From: an uncultured Streptomyces sp.
GTDB taxonomy: Bacteria > Pseudomonadota > Gammaproteobacteria > Burkholderiales > SG8-41
Assembly: GCA_964510405.1 (NCBI GenBank)
Contig: CAZEAX010000002.1
Span: forward strand, 1-36,902
Length of the DNA stretch: 36,902 bases
Direction: 5' to 3'
The position numbers and the translations under genes were made by a program. Positions 1-12,665 of this stretch are shown one piece after another. Below the pieces are notes generated by a model that saw only the letters and a program-made list of their open reading frames with translations, was not told the DNA's origin and searched no databases. Positions within the stretch are counted from its first letter, which is position 1. Each line of letters begins with the position of its first letter.

Positions 1-4216
<4,216 letters not shown>

Positions 4217-4399
4217 GTTCTACCTCTCGGTAAAAAAGCCGGGTCGATACAGACGCCGGCATCAGGTCACGGAAACTACGGCGAAACCGATCAAATATAC
4301 AACCTCGGGGTCGAGACTTCAAGGTCTTGAAAAACTGTGCGAATCCCGCAGTTTAAGCAGCCTGGCCGGAGCGCTTTGTTGCAATGCGCCAATTTACGA

Positions 4400-5521
4400 C
4401 TAAATCTCGTCTACTGCAAATAAGCGTCGGAATTCGCGGATCGCGTAGCGGTCGGTCATGCCGGCGATGTAGTCGGCGACAGTGCGGGCGGTATTTGCCG
4501 CGGCCGGCGCGTGATATTGGGGCGGCATTAATTGCGGGTCATTGAAGAAAGCCTGAAACAAATCGCGCACAACGCGCCGGGCCTTGTTTGTCATTCGCGC
4601 CACTTGATGGTGTTGATATAGGTTCACGCGCAGAAACCGTTTTAATTCCTGTTGCTCTCGCCGGATTGCCGTGCTGAACGCGATCAACGAAGGAGCGGCG
4701 CGCACATCGTCGAGACTGCGCAGGGCGCGGGCTTTGATATTTTTTGCGGATTGGCTTGTCAGGTCCGTCACGAGCGTGCCGATCATGCGGCGCACGGTTT
4801 CGTGTACCAGCCGTCGCGCATCGATTTTGGGATGCTCGCGCTGAACTTCTTTCATGTGGCGTGCGAAAATTCCGACACGCGCGAGCTGCTCGAGCGTCAA
4901 CAAGCCCGAGCGCAGGCCGTCGTCCACGTCATGGTTGTTGTAGGCGATTTCATCGGCGAGATTGGCCAGCTGCGCTTCCAGCGACGGACGCAGACGCTTG
5001 ATAAAGCGCTCCCCAACGTCGCCGAGCAGGCGTGCATTTTTTACGGCGCAGTGTTTTAAAATGCCCTCGCGGGTTTCGAAACACAGATTGAGCCCATCGA
5101 ATGCGGCATAGCGTTGTTCGAGCGAATCGACGACGCGCAACGACTGCAGGTTATGCTCGAACCCGCCATGCGATTTCATGCAATCGTGCAGTGCTTCCTG
5201 TCCAGCGTGGCCGAAGGGCGTATGACCGAGGTCGTGCGCGAGCGAGACCGCTTCGACGAGATCTTCGTTGAGGCGCAGGTTACGCGCGACCGAGCGTGCG
5301 ATCTGCGCGACTTCGAGGCTGTGAGTGAGGCGTGTACGAAAAAGGTCGCCTTCGTGATTCACAAAGACCTGTGTCTTGTATTCGAGACGCCGGAATGCGG
5401 TCGAATGAATGATGCGGTCGCGGTCGCGCTGAAATTCGCTGCGGCCGACGGGCGGTTTTTCCCGCCGCGCGCGGCCGCGCGTATTGCGCGGACTGACGGC
5501 ATAGGGTGCGACTTCAGGCAT
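4400..5521 (-). CDS. dgt: dGTP triphosphohydrolase-like HD-domain protein
   Basis: 373-aa ORF with HD-domain motifs ([14 protein letters not shown] ... [14 protein letters not shown]). It overlaps the aroB stop by 8 nt (ATGCCTGA). The aroK-aroB-dgt-gltB order is typical of betaproteobacteria. Confidence 0.85.
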   Translation of the reverse strand: MPEVAPYAVSPRNTRGRARREKPPVGRSEFQRDRDRIIHSTAFRRLEYKTQVFVNHEGDLFRTRLTHSLEVAQIARSVARNLRLNEDLVEAVSLAHDLGHTPFGHAGQEALHDCMKSHGGFEHNLQSLRVVDSLEQRYAAFDGLNLCFETREGILKHCAVKNARLLGDVGERFIKRLRPSLEAQLANLADEIAYNNHDVDDGLRSGLLTLEQLARVGIFARHMKEVQREHPKIDARRLVHETVRRMIGTLVTDLTSQSAKNIKARALRSLDDVRAAPSLIAFSTAIRREQQELKRFLRVNLYQHHQVARMTNKARRVVRDLFQAFFNDPQLMPPQYHAPAAANTARTVADYIAGMTDRYAIREFRRLFAVDEI

Positions 5522-6605
5522 TCGCTACAGAGGCCGCAAGCGCGGTGTTGAGTGCGGTCGCGGAGACGTCCGCTGTCAGGAACGCGGCCCCGATCGCGCG
5601 GAGCAAGATAAAACGGATTTTACCGCCTTCCACTTTCTTGTCGATGCCCATCAGTTCCATATAGCGATCGAGCCCGAAATCGGGCGCCGCCACCGGCAAG
5701 CCCGCGCGCGTCAGCAGCGTGATTATGCGTGCAACGTCCGCGTCCCTGAGCATACCCAACGCCTGCGATACGCGGGCCGCGATTACCATGCCGGCGGCGA
5801 CCGCTTCGCCATGCAGCCAGGCGCCGTAACCCAGCCCGGTCTCGATTGCATGGCCGAACGTGTGCCCGAGATTCAGCAAGGCGCGTTCGCCGAGTTCCTC
5901 ACGTTCATCCGCGGCGACCACGTCGGCTTTGTTCTCGCACGAGCGCTGAATCGCATACGCCATGGCGGCTGAGTCATGCGCGACCAGTGCTTCGATGTTG
6001 TTTTCCAACCATTCAAAGAAAGGCACATCCCGAATCAGGCCGTATTTAATGATTTCGGCCAGGCCTGCGCTGACTTCGCGCCCGGGCAGAGTGTTAAGCG
6101 TGTTCGTGTCGGCAATTACCGCAAGCGGCTGATAAAACGCGCCTATCATGTTCTTGCCGCGCGGATGGTTGATGGCGGTCTTGCCGCCGACCGAGGAATC
6201 CACCTGGGCCAGCAGCGTGGTCGGAATCTGGATGAAAGGCACGCCGCGCAGATAAGTCGCGGCGGCAAAGCCGGTCAAATCTCCAATCACGCCGCCACCC
6301 AGCGCAATCAACGCTGTTTTGCGTTCGCAACGGTTTACCACCAACGCGTCGAACACCGAATTAAGCGTGTGCCAATTCTTTTGTTGTTCGCCTGCGGGTA
6401 TCACGACGGGGGCAACGGCGATGCCGGATGCTTTCAGCGCGTTGCCCATTATATTGAGGTAGAGCGGCGCAACGGTGGTATCGGCGATCAGAGCGACGCG
6501 CTTTTGGGGCAGGTGGCGGGCCACCAAATCACCGCGCTGGAGCAATTGCTCGCCGATATAAATCGGGTAGCTGCGATCGGCCAATGCGACTTCAACGGTT
6601 TGCAT
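5514..6605 (-). CDS. aroB: 3-dehydroquinate synthase
   Basis: 363 aa with [47 protein letters not shown] and HTFGHAIE metal/NAD motifs. It sits downstream of aroK. Confidence 0.95.
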   Translation of the reverse strand: MQTVEVALADRSYPIYIGEQLLQRGDLVARHLPQKRVALIADTTVAPLYLNIMGNALKASGIAVAPVVIPAGEQQKNWHTLNSVFDALVVNRCERKTALIALGGGVIGDLTGFAAATYLRGVPFIQIPTTLLAQVDSSVGGKTAINHPRGKNMIGAFYQPLAVIADTNTLNTLPGREVSAGLAEIIKYGLIRDVPFFEWLENNIEALVAHDSAAMAYAIQRSCENKADVVAADEREELGERALLNLGHTFGHAIETGLGYGAWLHGEAVAAGMVIAARVSQALGMLRDADVARIITLLTRAGLPVAAPDFGLDRYMELMGIDKKVEGGKIRFILLRAIGAAFLTADVSATALNTALAASVANA

Positions 6606-6634
6606 GATTTAGATCGCTTTTTGTCCCGGCGCCG

Positions 6635-7234
6635 CTAGCGCGCCAGACCGGATGCCGAAGGGTCGGGTGCCGGCCTTACCAGCAGGCGCTCACGTAGGCG
6701 TTGCTCCAACCGCGTTGCAAGATTGCCGAGGCTTTGATTTCCGGTGTCCATGATAACTGCAGCAACTTCGCGATAAAGCGGGTCGCGTTGGGCATACAAC
6801 TCTTCCAGCTTGACGCGCGGATCAGCTGTGTGCAACAACGGACGATTGCGGTCATGACGCGTGCGTTGCCACAAATCGTCGAGCGACGCGCGCAGATAAA
6901 CCACCGTGCCGTTCTTCCTCAGGACTTGGCGGTTCTCTTCGCGCAATACGGCACCGCCTCCGGTGGCGAGCACTATGTCATTGAGACTTGTGAGTTCCTT
7001 TAGCATGGTGGCTTCCCTAACGCGAAACCCCGCTTCGCCTTCGATTTCGAATATCACCGGTATCTTGACACCCGTGCGCCGCTCGATTTCCTGATCGCAA
7101 TCGTAGAATGTCTTGCCAAAGCGTTTTGCGAGCAACCGTCCGACTGACGTCTTGCCGGCCCCCATCAGGCCCACGAGAAAAATACTTCCCGGTATTGAGG
7201 GGCTCGCGACTTGCGATAGTGGTGCGCTGGACAT
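6635..7234 (-). CDS. aroK: shikimate kinase
   Basis: 199 aa with Walker A GLMGAGKTSVGR, followed by ATGGG. It has the conserved position between pilQ and aroB. Confidence 0.92.
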   Translation of the reverse strand: MSSAPLSQVASPSIPGSIFLVGLMGAGKTSVGRLLAKRFGKTFYDCDQEIERRTGVKIPVIFEIEGEAGFRVREATMLKELTSLNDIVLATGGGAVLREENRQVLRKNGTVVYLRASLDDLWQRTRHDRNRPLLHTADPRVKLEELYAQRDPLYREVAAVIMDTGNQSLGNLATRLEQRLRERLLVRPAPDPSASGLAR

Positions 7235-7293
7235 GACGGGATTGTAACTTGAATCCCCTTTCGCCCGAACGCTTGGCCCGCGCAGGTCAGGGC

Positions 7294-7320
7294 AAAAAAA
7301 CGGCGGGTTTTCCCGCCGTT
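7294..7320 (-). terminator. rho-independent terminator downstream of pilQ
   Basis: The minus strand reads AACGGCGGG-AAAA-CCCGCCGTT followed by a T-run (7 T in total). It lies 26 nt after the pilQ stop and is preceded by a second small hairpin, GGCAG-ACCT-CTGCC. Confidence 0.8.
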
Positions 7321-7345
7321 TTCCCGGCTGGCAGAGGTCTGCCGG

Positions 7346-9481
7346 TTATCGCAATGAGACCGTATTCTTCATGATGCGTGGACTGATGAATATCAAGAGC
7401 TCATTGCGATCGTCCTGTTTAGTGTTGGTCCGGAACAGGAATCCGACGTAAGGCAGGTCACCGAACACAGGCACTTTCGTAGTCTGATCGTTCTGGGTTT
7501 GCGTATAGATTCCACCGATTACGACGGTGCCGCCGTTTTGCACCAGGACGTTGGTGGTGATCTGCTTGGTATCGATTGACGGACCCGCCGTAGTTACCGT
7601 GCCGACGCTGTCCTTGTGCACGTTAAGGTCCATGATGATGTTGTCGTCAGGCGTGATTTGCGGCTTCACCTTGAGCGACAGGGTGGCTTTCTTGAACGAG
7701 ACGCTGGTGGCGCCACTGGAGGTCGCTTGCTGGTACGGAATCTCCGTGCCCTGTTCGATCGTCGCTTCGACCTGGTCGGCAGTGATGACGCGGGGGCTCG
7801 AAATGATCTTGCCTTTGCCGTCCGCCTGCAACGCTGTGACTTCCATATTCAGGAATCTCGAAAGCGCTGAGTTAAACAGGATCAGGGAGAAAACGCCCGG
7901 GTTGCGGCCGTTGATACCCGTTGCCGGCAGGTTCACGCCCAGCGTTTGAGCAAATGTGGGGATTGGCGTGGCGATCTGCTGAGTGAAAAAGCCGGTTGCG
8001 TCAAGCGAACCGCCGACTGTGATTTTGTCGTCGCCCTTGCCGGGTATGTTCTGAAAACCCCGATCGAATGTACCGAGCCGCGCACCCAGGTTGCGGGTAA
8101 ACGTGTCCGACGCTTCGACGATGCGCGCCTCTATCATGACTTGGCGCACGGGCACGTCGATTTTGCGGACGAGAGCGCGCACCTGCTCGAGTCTCGACGG
8201 TGTGTCCTGCACGAACAGCGTATTGGTCCGCGGATCGATTACGGCGCTTCCGCGCTTGGATAGAATGCGCTGGTCTTTGTCGGCGAGAATTTTCTGGAAC
8301 GCGTCCGCCTTCTGGTAATTCAGCTGGAACGACTCGGTGCGCACGGGTTCGATGTCGGAAATCTGGGCCTGCGCTTCGAGTGCGAGTTTTTCCTTGGTCG
8401 CCAATTCGTCGCGCGGCGCGATCCATACGACATTGCCGTTTTTGCGCATGTCTAGGCCCTTGGTCTGCAGAATGATGTCCAGCGCTTGATCCCACGGCAC
8501 ATCTTTCAGCCGCAGCGTGAGATTGCCGCCGACAGTATCACTGGTAATAAAGTTGAAACCGGTGAAGTCGGCGATGACCTGCAAAACCGCGCGCACTTCG
8601 ACGTTCTGAAAATTGAGCGAAAGTTTCTCGCCCGTATAGCCTACGCGCGAACCTTGGATCAGCTTCGTCGGATCCTCCACTATCGGTTTGATTTCGACGA
8701 TGAACCGGTTGTCTGTCTGGTAGGCCGAGTGCTCCCACAAGCCCTTGGGCTCAATCGAAATGCGCGATCCGCCACCTTGCGTGAACGCATCTATCGTTTG
8801 CACGGGCGTTGCGAAGTCGACCACGTCGAGCCGGCGTTCTAGATTTTTCGGCAACGCCGTGTTCGCGAAATCGATAATCAAATTGCGGCCCTGCTGGCGC
8901 AGATCTATGCCTACCGCGCTGTCCGAAAGGTCGATCACGAGACGGCCTTCTCCGCCCGGTCCGCGCCGGAAGCTGATATCGCGCAGCGTGTGGCGTGTGT
9001 CATCAGGCTTTGCTTCCGCGAAATGCGAGGTCACGGCGACGGTGGCCGTGGCGGGCGTCGCTGTTTGCAGGGTGATCAGCACCGTTTTACCGTCGATCTG
9101 GGTGTCGTAGCCCAGCGGTTTCGCCAAGTTCATCACGAGCCGCGTACGCCCGCCGGCCTGCACGATATTCATGTTCCGCAAGTCGCCGTCGCCCACTTCC
9201 TGCGCAGTCTTGCCGAGCGCGTTCTCGGTATCCGGAAAGTCGAACGCAATCCTAGGCGGGTTATCGATCGTGAACCCGGCCGGCGGATTGGCGAGCGGCT
9301 GTCGCAACGTGATTTTGACGATGATATTGCCGCCTTGTTGTCCCGCGACGGCGATCCCTTCGATGCCGTTGGCTTGCGTAGGCGTGCCCTGACCCCAGGC
9401 CGCGAAGCTCGCAATCAACCCAGCACCGACCCACAGCGCCATGCGCTGCACCGTTTTCATGATTTTGCCCGAGACTTTCAT
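7346..9481 (-). CDS. pilQ: type IV pilus secretin PilQ
   Basis: 711 aa with a signal peptide and two N-terminal AMIN-like repeats. The C-terminal secretin domain ends ..VPVFGDLPYVGFLFRTNTKQDDRNELLIFISPRI. A strong AGGAGG sits 5 nt upstream of the ATG at 9481. It is the last gene of pilMNOPQ. Confidence 0.95.
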   Translation of the reverse strand: MKVSGKIMKTVQRMALWVGAGLIASFAAWGQGTPTQANGIEGIAVAGQQGGNIIVKITLRQPLANPPAGFTIDNPPRIAFDFPDTENALGKTAQEVGDGDLRNMNIVQAGGRTRLVMNLAKPLGYDTQIDGKTVLITLQTATPATATVAVTSHFAEAKPDDTRHTLRDISFRRGPGGEGRLVIDLSDSAVGIDLRQQGRNLIIDFANTALPKNLERRLDVVDFATPVQTIDAFTQGGGSRISIEPKGLWEHSAYQTDNRFIVEIKPIVEDPTKLIQGSRVGYTGEKLSLNFQNVEVRAVLQVIADFTGFNFITSDTVGGNLTLRLKDVPWDQALDIILQTKGLDMRKNGNVVWIAPRDELATKEKLALEAQAQISDIEPVRTESFQLNYQKADAFQKILADKDQRILSKRGSAVIDPRTNTLFVQDTPSRLEQVRALVRKIDVPVRQVMIEARIVEASDTFTRNLGARLGTFDRGFQNIPGKGDDKITVGGSLDATGFFTQQIATPIPTFAQTLGVNLPATGINGRNPGVFSLILFNSALSRFLNMEVTALQADGKGKIISSPRVITADQVEATIEQGTEIPYQQATSSGATSVSFKKATLSLKVKPQITPDDNIIMDLNVHKDSVGTVTTAGPSIDTKQITTNVLVQNGGTVVIGGIYTQTQNDQTTKVPVFGDLPYVGFLFRTNTKQDDRNELLIFISPRIMKNTVSLR

Positions 9482-9542
9482 TGATGCCTCCTGATTTTCC
9501 GGCCCGCTGCTAGTACTGCATTTGCACTATGACTGCGCCAGA

Positions 9543-10067
9543 TCATTTGCCCGCGTCTTCCGCCAGCGTCAATGTGCTGACACGCTCAGTCCAGTCACCG
9601 CCGCTGTCCTGCACGATTTCCTTGAGCTTTATCGTCGATTCCGAGATGTCCGTGATCAGTCCAAAATTCTGTCCGAGGTAATTGCCCGATTTCACCCGGA
9701 ACAAATTATTGTCGGGACTTTTTACCAGCGCATAGGTTTGCTTGTTTTGCTGCAGGGTGCCGACCATGCGCAGATTTTCCAGCGGGTATGCCTCGAGCGG
9801 TTCTTTGCGCCGTGTCAGATCGGGTTGTATGCCGCCGCCGGCCGCCGATTTCGGCGGTTCGATCTTGCGCGGCTTGAACGGGTCGACAAGGTTGTACGCG
9901 TCATAGGTGAACGGTTCGTAAGGCTTGACGTCAGGCAACGGCGGAATTCTGCCGTGGGGCAGATTTTCCGAATCCTTCACGAATTGCCGCAGATCCGAAT
10001 ATTGCTCGCCGCCGCACGACGCGAGCCCGCAGCACAGCACGATCGGAAGCCACAATCGCCGGCTCAT
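9543..10067 (-). CDS. pilP: type IV pilus assembly lipoprotein PilP
   Basis: 174 aa with lipobox LASC in MSRRLWLPIVLCCGLASCGG. It has a 4-nt overlap with pilO and the expected position in the pil operon. Confidence 0.85.
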   Translation of the reverse strand: MSRRLWLPIVLCCGLASCGGEQYSDLRQFVKDSENLPHGRIPPLPDVKPYEPFTYDAYNLVDPFKPRKIEPPKSAAGGGIQPDLTRRKEPLEAYPLENLRMVGTLQQNKQTYALVKSPDNNLFRVKSGNYLGQNFGLITDISESTIKLKEIVQDSGGDWTERVSTLTLAEDAGK

Positions 10068-10699
10068 TTCTTGCCCGCCTTGTCTTTGGCCGATTTCTTC
10101 TGCTTCGAAATCTCGTCCTCATCAAGATAGCGGTAGGTTTTCGCCACCGCGTCCATGGCCAGTCCGCTGTCTCTATTATTGAGGGTGAGATTGACATCGT
10201 TCAGAAGCACAATGCGCGACAGCTTCGAGATGTCGCTCGCGAAAGCGCCCATGTCGTGGTAACTGCCCGTCACGCGTATGTTGATCGGCAGTTCGGCATA
10301 GAACTCGGACAGGGTTTCGCTGGCGGCGGGTTTGAACAATTCGAACTGCAGGCCGCGACCGAGCCCGGCCTGATTGATATCCGTCAGCAAAGCTTCCATT
10401 TCCGATTTGCTGGGCAGCTGTTTGAGCAGTGTGCCGAATGATTTTTCGATGTCGGCGAGTTGCTTGCGATAGGCGTCGAGGTCGATCGCCTGCTTCTTTT
10501 TGTCGAGGAACGTGGTGCGCAGCGTTTGTTCCTTTTTCACCGACGCATCGATCGCCTCAAGCTGCCCTTGCCAATCAAGAAAATAGCTCGCGGCTATGCT
10601 GGCGATAAACGCGAGCGCCAATATGCCGAGCTTGGGCAGTGCCGGCCAGCTGCCGATGTTTTTGGGGTCGAGCCGCCGCAAATCGTCCAGTGTCATCAT
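10064..10699 (-). CDS. pilO: type IV pilus assembly protein PilO
   Basis: 211 aa with a single N-terminal TM segment (LGILALAFIASIAASYF) followed by a coiled-coil region. It overlaps pilN and pilP by 4 nt each. Confidence 0.85.
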   Translation of the reverse strand: MMTLDDLRRLDPKNIGSWPALPKLGILALAFIASIAASYFLDWQGQLEAIDASVKKEQTLRTTFLDKKKQAIDLDAYRKQLADIEKSFGTLLKQLPSKSEMEALLTDINQAGLGRGLQFELFKPAASETLSEFYAELPINIRVTGSYHDMGAFASDISKLSRIVLLNDVNLTLNNRDSGLAMDAVAKTYRYLDEDEISKQKKSAKDKAGKK

Positions 10700-11331
10700 T
10701 TTTTGGCGTCCGCTGGTTTGCCCGGGGCGACGACTTGGGCCGTGGGTATTGCCGCACCACCGGCGGGTTTTTTGCCTGCGGGCTCTTCTTTGGTGCGCGT
10801 CAGCGAAACGCTGAGGCTGAATTCGCTTAGGCGGGAGGTCTTATCCGTGATGGCATGAATTTCCACGAGGTTCGGTTTTTCCAGATAAGGCGACGACTCC
10901 AGATTGCGCATGAAAGTTGAAACCCGCGCGTTCGACTGTGCGAATCCGTTCACCGCGACCTTGTCGCCTTTCTGCTGGATGCTTTTCAAATACACGCCGT
11001 CGGGCAGTTGGCGCACCATCTGATCGAGCAAATAAACCGTTTCGGCGCGATTCGCCTGCAGCGATTCGACGATTTTCTTGCGTTGCAAGAGCGCCGTCGT
11101 CTGTTCCTGGACTTTCTTGATCTCTTCGATCTGCTTGTCGAGCGATGCAATTTCCGTTTCGAGATAGGAATTGCGACCGTTCTGCTCTTCGAGCTGGCCG
11201 CTAAGATAACTGTGGGCGGCGAACCAGACGGTCGCGCCCAAGCCCACGACCACGCCCAGGACGATGAAAAATTCCTTCTGCTGTTGTTTGCGCCGCAGTT
11301 CGCGGTGCGGGAGTAAGTTGATGCGAATCAT
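10696..11331 (-). CDS. pilN: type IV pilus assembly protein PilN
   Basis: MIRINLLPHRE... is the conserved PilN N-terminus. I trimmed the track ORF (start 11361) to the ATG at 11331, which forms an ATGA overlap with the pilM stop. Confidence 0.85.
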   Translation of the reverse strand: MIRINLLPHRELRRKQQQKEFFIVLGVVVGLGATVWFAAHSYLSGQLEEQNGRNSYLETEIASLDKQIEEIKKVQEQTTALLQRKKIVESLQANRAETVYLLDQMVRQLPDGVYLKSIQQKGDKVAVNGFAQSNARVSTFMRNLESSPYLEKPNLVEIHAITDKTSRLSEFSLSVSLTRTKEEPAGKKPAGGAAIPTAQVVAPGKPADAKK

Positions 11332-12434
11332 GCGTCGAATCTCCGCATCGCGAGGCCGCACGCCACCATGAGCGAAGGCGCATCCGTGGCAAGATTTTTA
11401 GGCCTGATTTTCGACGACAGCGCCATGTTCGCGAAAGGGTTCGCCACCATGGAGGGAACCGACGTGCGGCGCGTTACGACTTCGTCGATACCCGGGATGG
11501 CCGCGCAGCCACCCGCGAGCAAAATGTGATTTACCTGGTTAAACTGGGTCGACGTGAAAAAGAACTGCAGCGCGCGCGCAACTTCAAGTCCCAAGGTGTC
11601 CATGAAAGGCGCCAGCACCTCGGCGTCGTAGTTGTCCGGCAGGCCGCCGGTGCGTTTCGCGGCTTCGGCTTCTTCCGGGGACATGCCGAACGCGCGCTGA
11701 ATTTCCTGCGTGAGGGTGTTGCCGCCAAATGGCTGCTCCCGCATGTAAACCGATTGACCGTTACGCAGCACGTTCAGGTTCATCATGGTGGTGCCGACGT
11801 CAACGATGGCGATGTTCTGGTCTTTGCCGTTGTCAGGCAGCGCGCGCTCTATCAGCTCAAACGCCGTCTGAATTGCAAAGGATTCGATGTCGACGACCAG
11901 CGCTTTAAGTCCTGCGGCTTCGGCCGCAGCGACGCGGTCTTCGATTTTTTCCTTGCGCGAGGCGGCGATCAGCACTTCGACATCGTCCGGACTGTTGGGC
12001 GCGGGGCCGATGACCTGGAAATCGAGGTTCACCTCGTCGAGCGCAAACGGGATGTACTGGTTTGCTTCGGTTTCAACCTGCAATTCGAGTTCGTTTTCCA
12101 GTTGCCCCGCGGGCACCACGATTTTTTTCGTTATGACCGCCGCAGACGGCAATGCCAGGGCGAGGCCCTTGATGTTCGTTCCCATGCGCTTCCAGCCGCG
12201 CTTCAGGCAATCGCTGACCGCCTCGAGATTGTTGATATTGCCGTCGACGACGGCATCGCGCGGCAACGGCTCAATCGAGTAGCGTTCCACCCGATAAACG
12301 TTCTTGCCAGCTTCCGCAATCTCGACCAACTTGACCGACGACGAACTGATATCGCAGCCGATCAATGCGGGCGCCTTTGACTTGAACAAGCGCTCGAGAA
12401 GTTCGAGGTTAAAGTTCACTTTTCCCTTAAGCAT
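11328..12434 (-). CDS. pilM: type IV pilus assembly ATPase-like protein PilM
   Basis: 368 aa with an actin/FtsA-like fold (ALIGCDISSSSVKLVEI, DVGTTMMNL). It is the first gene of pilMNOPQ. The start is uncertain: there is no SD at 12434, and a GTG at 12419 is preceded by AAGGGA. Confidence 0.88.
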   Translation of the reverse strand: MLKGKVNFNLELLERLFKSKAPALIGCDISSSSVKLVEIAEAGKNVYRVERYSIEPLPRDAVVDGNINNLEAVSDCLKRGWKRMGTNIKGLALALPSAAVITKKIVVPAGQLENELELQVETEANQYIPFALDEVNLDFQVIGPAPNSPDDVEVLIAASRKEKIEDRVAAAEAAGLKALVVDIESFAIQTAFELIERALPDNGKDQNIAIVDVGTTMMNLNVLRNGQSVYMREQPFGGNTLTQEIQRAFGMSPEEAEAAKRTGGLPDNYDAEVLAPFMDTLGLEVARALQFFFTSTQFNQVNHILLAGGCAAIPGIDEVVTRRTSVPSMVANPFANMALSSKIRPKNLATDAPSLMVACGLAMRRFDA

Positions 12435-12508
12435 GGGCTGGTTAGGAGCAGTTTATATAATTTACATTAAATGCTAACAACAACTCCAGACCATGTAAAG
12501 TAATTCCG

Positions 12509-12523
12509 TGGCATTCCTTTTGC
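12509..12523 (+). promoter_or_regulatory. candidate sigma-54 (RpoN) -24/-12 promoter element facing mrcA
   Basis: TGGCAT-TCCTT-TTGC matches the TGGCAC-N5-TTGC consensus at 9 of 10 fixed positions with exact GG/GC spacing. It lies in the AT-rich divergent pilM/mrcA spacer. Confidence 0.35.
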
Positions 12524-12665
12524 GTATGACGGGGCATATAATGTGACGAATTCACTATATTCGTTAGTTATTTAGCATGTGCCTCGGTAGTCGCCGCCGA
12601 TCTCGAATCTGCACATGTTAAGCCGTTGTTTTTTTACAACAATCATATTACCGCTCAATTAGCCG

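Noticed and set aside
4232-4260. A terminator-like hairpin (GCCGG-13 nt-CCGGC then TTTTTT on the minus strand) 14 nt upstream of the gltB start, possibly an attenuator.
   Set aside because: A 5-bp stem with a 13-nt loop is too weak to call. It may simply be the tail of the dgt transcript or chance.
4335-4351. A T-arm-like hairpin (CTGTG-CGAATCC-CGCAG) in the dgt/gltB spacer, suggesting a tRNA or a tRNA-derived att remnant.
   Set aside because: The loop lacks the TTC of a T-loop. The upstream candidate anticodon stem has a 6-nt loop, and no acceptor stem can be paired. There is no integrase or repeat nearby.
4400-5521. The dGTPase-like gene as a possible anti-phage dNTP-depletion defence gene.
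   Set aside because: It is embedded with an 8-nt overlap in the conserved aroK-aroB-dgt-gltB housekeeping block. No mobile or defence neighbours are present, which is consistent with the housekeeping Dgt-like paralogue.
12651-12660. The 10-mer CCGCTCAATT is shared just upstream of both the mrcA and purH start codons (also at 32893-32902).
   Set aside because: By my rough estimate, thousands of identical 10-mer pairs are expected by chance in a 37-kb window read on both strands. The match does not extend further.
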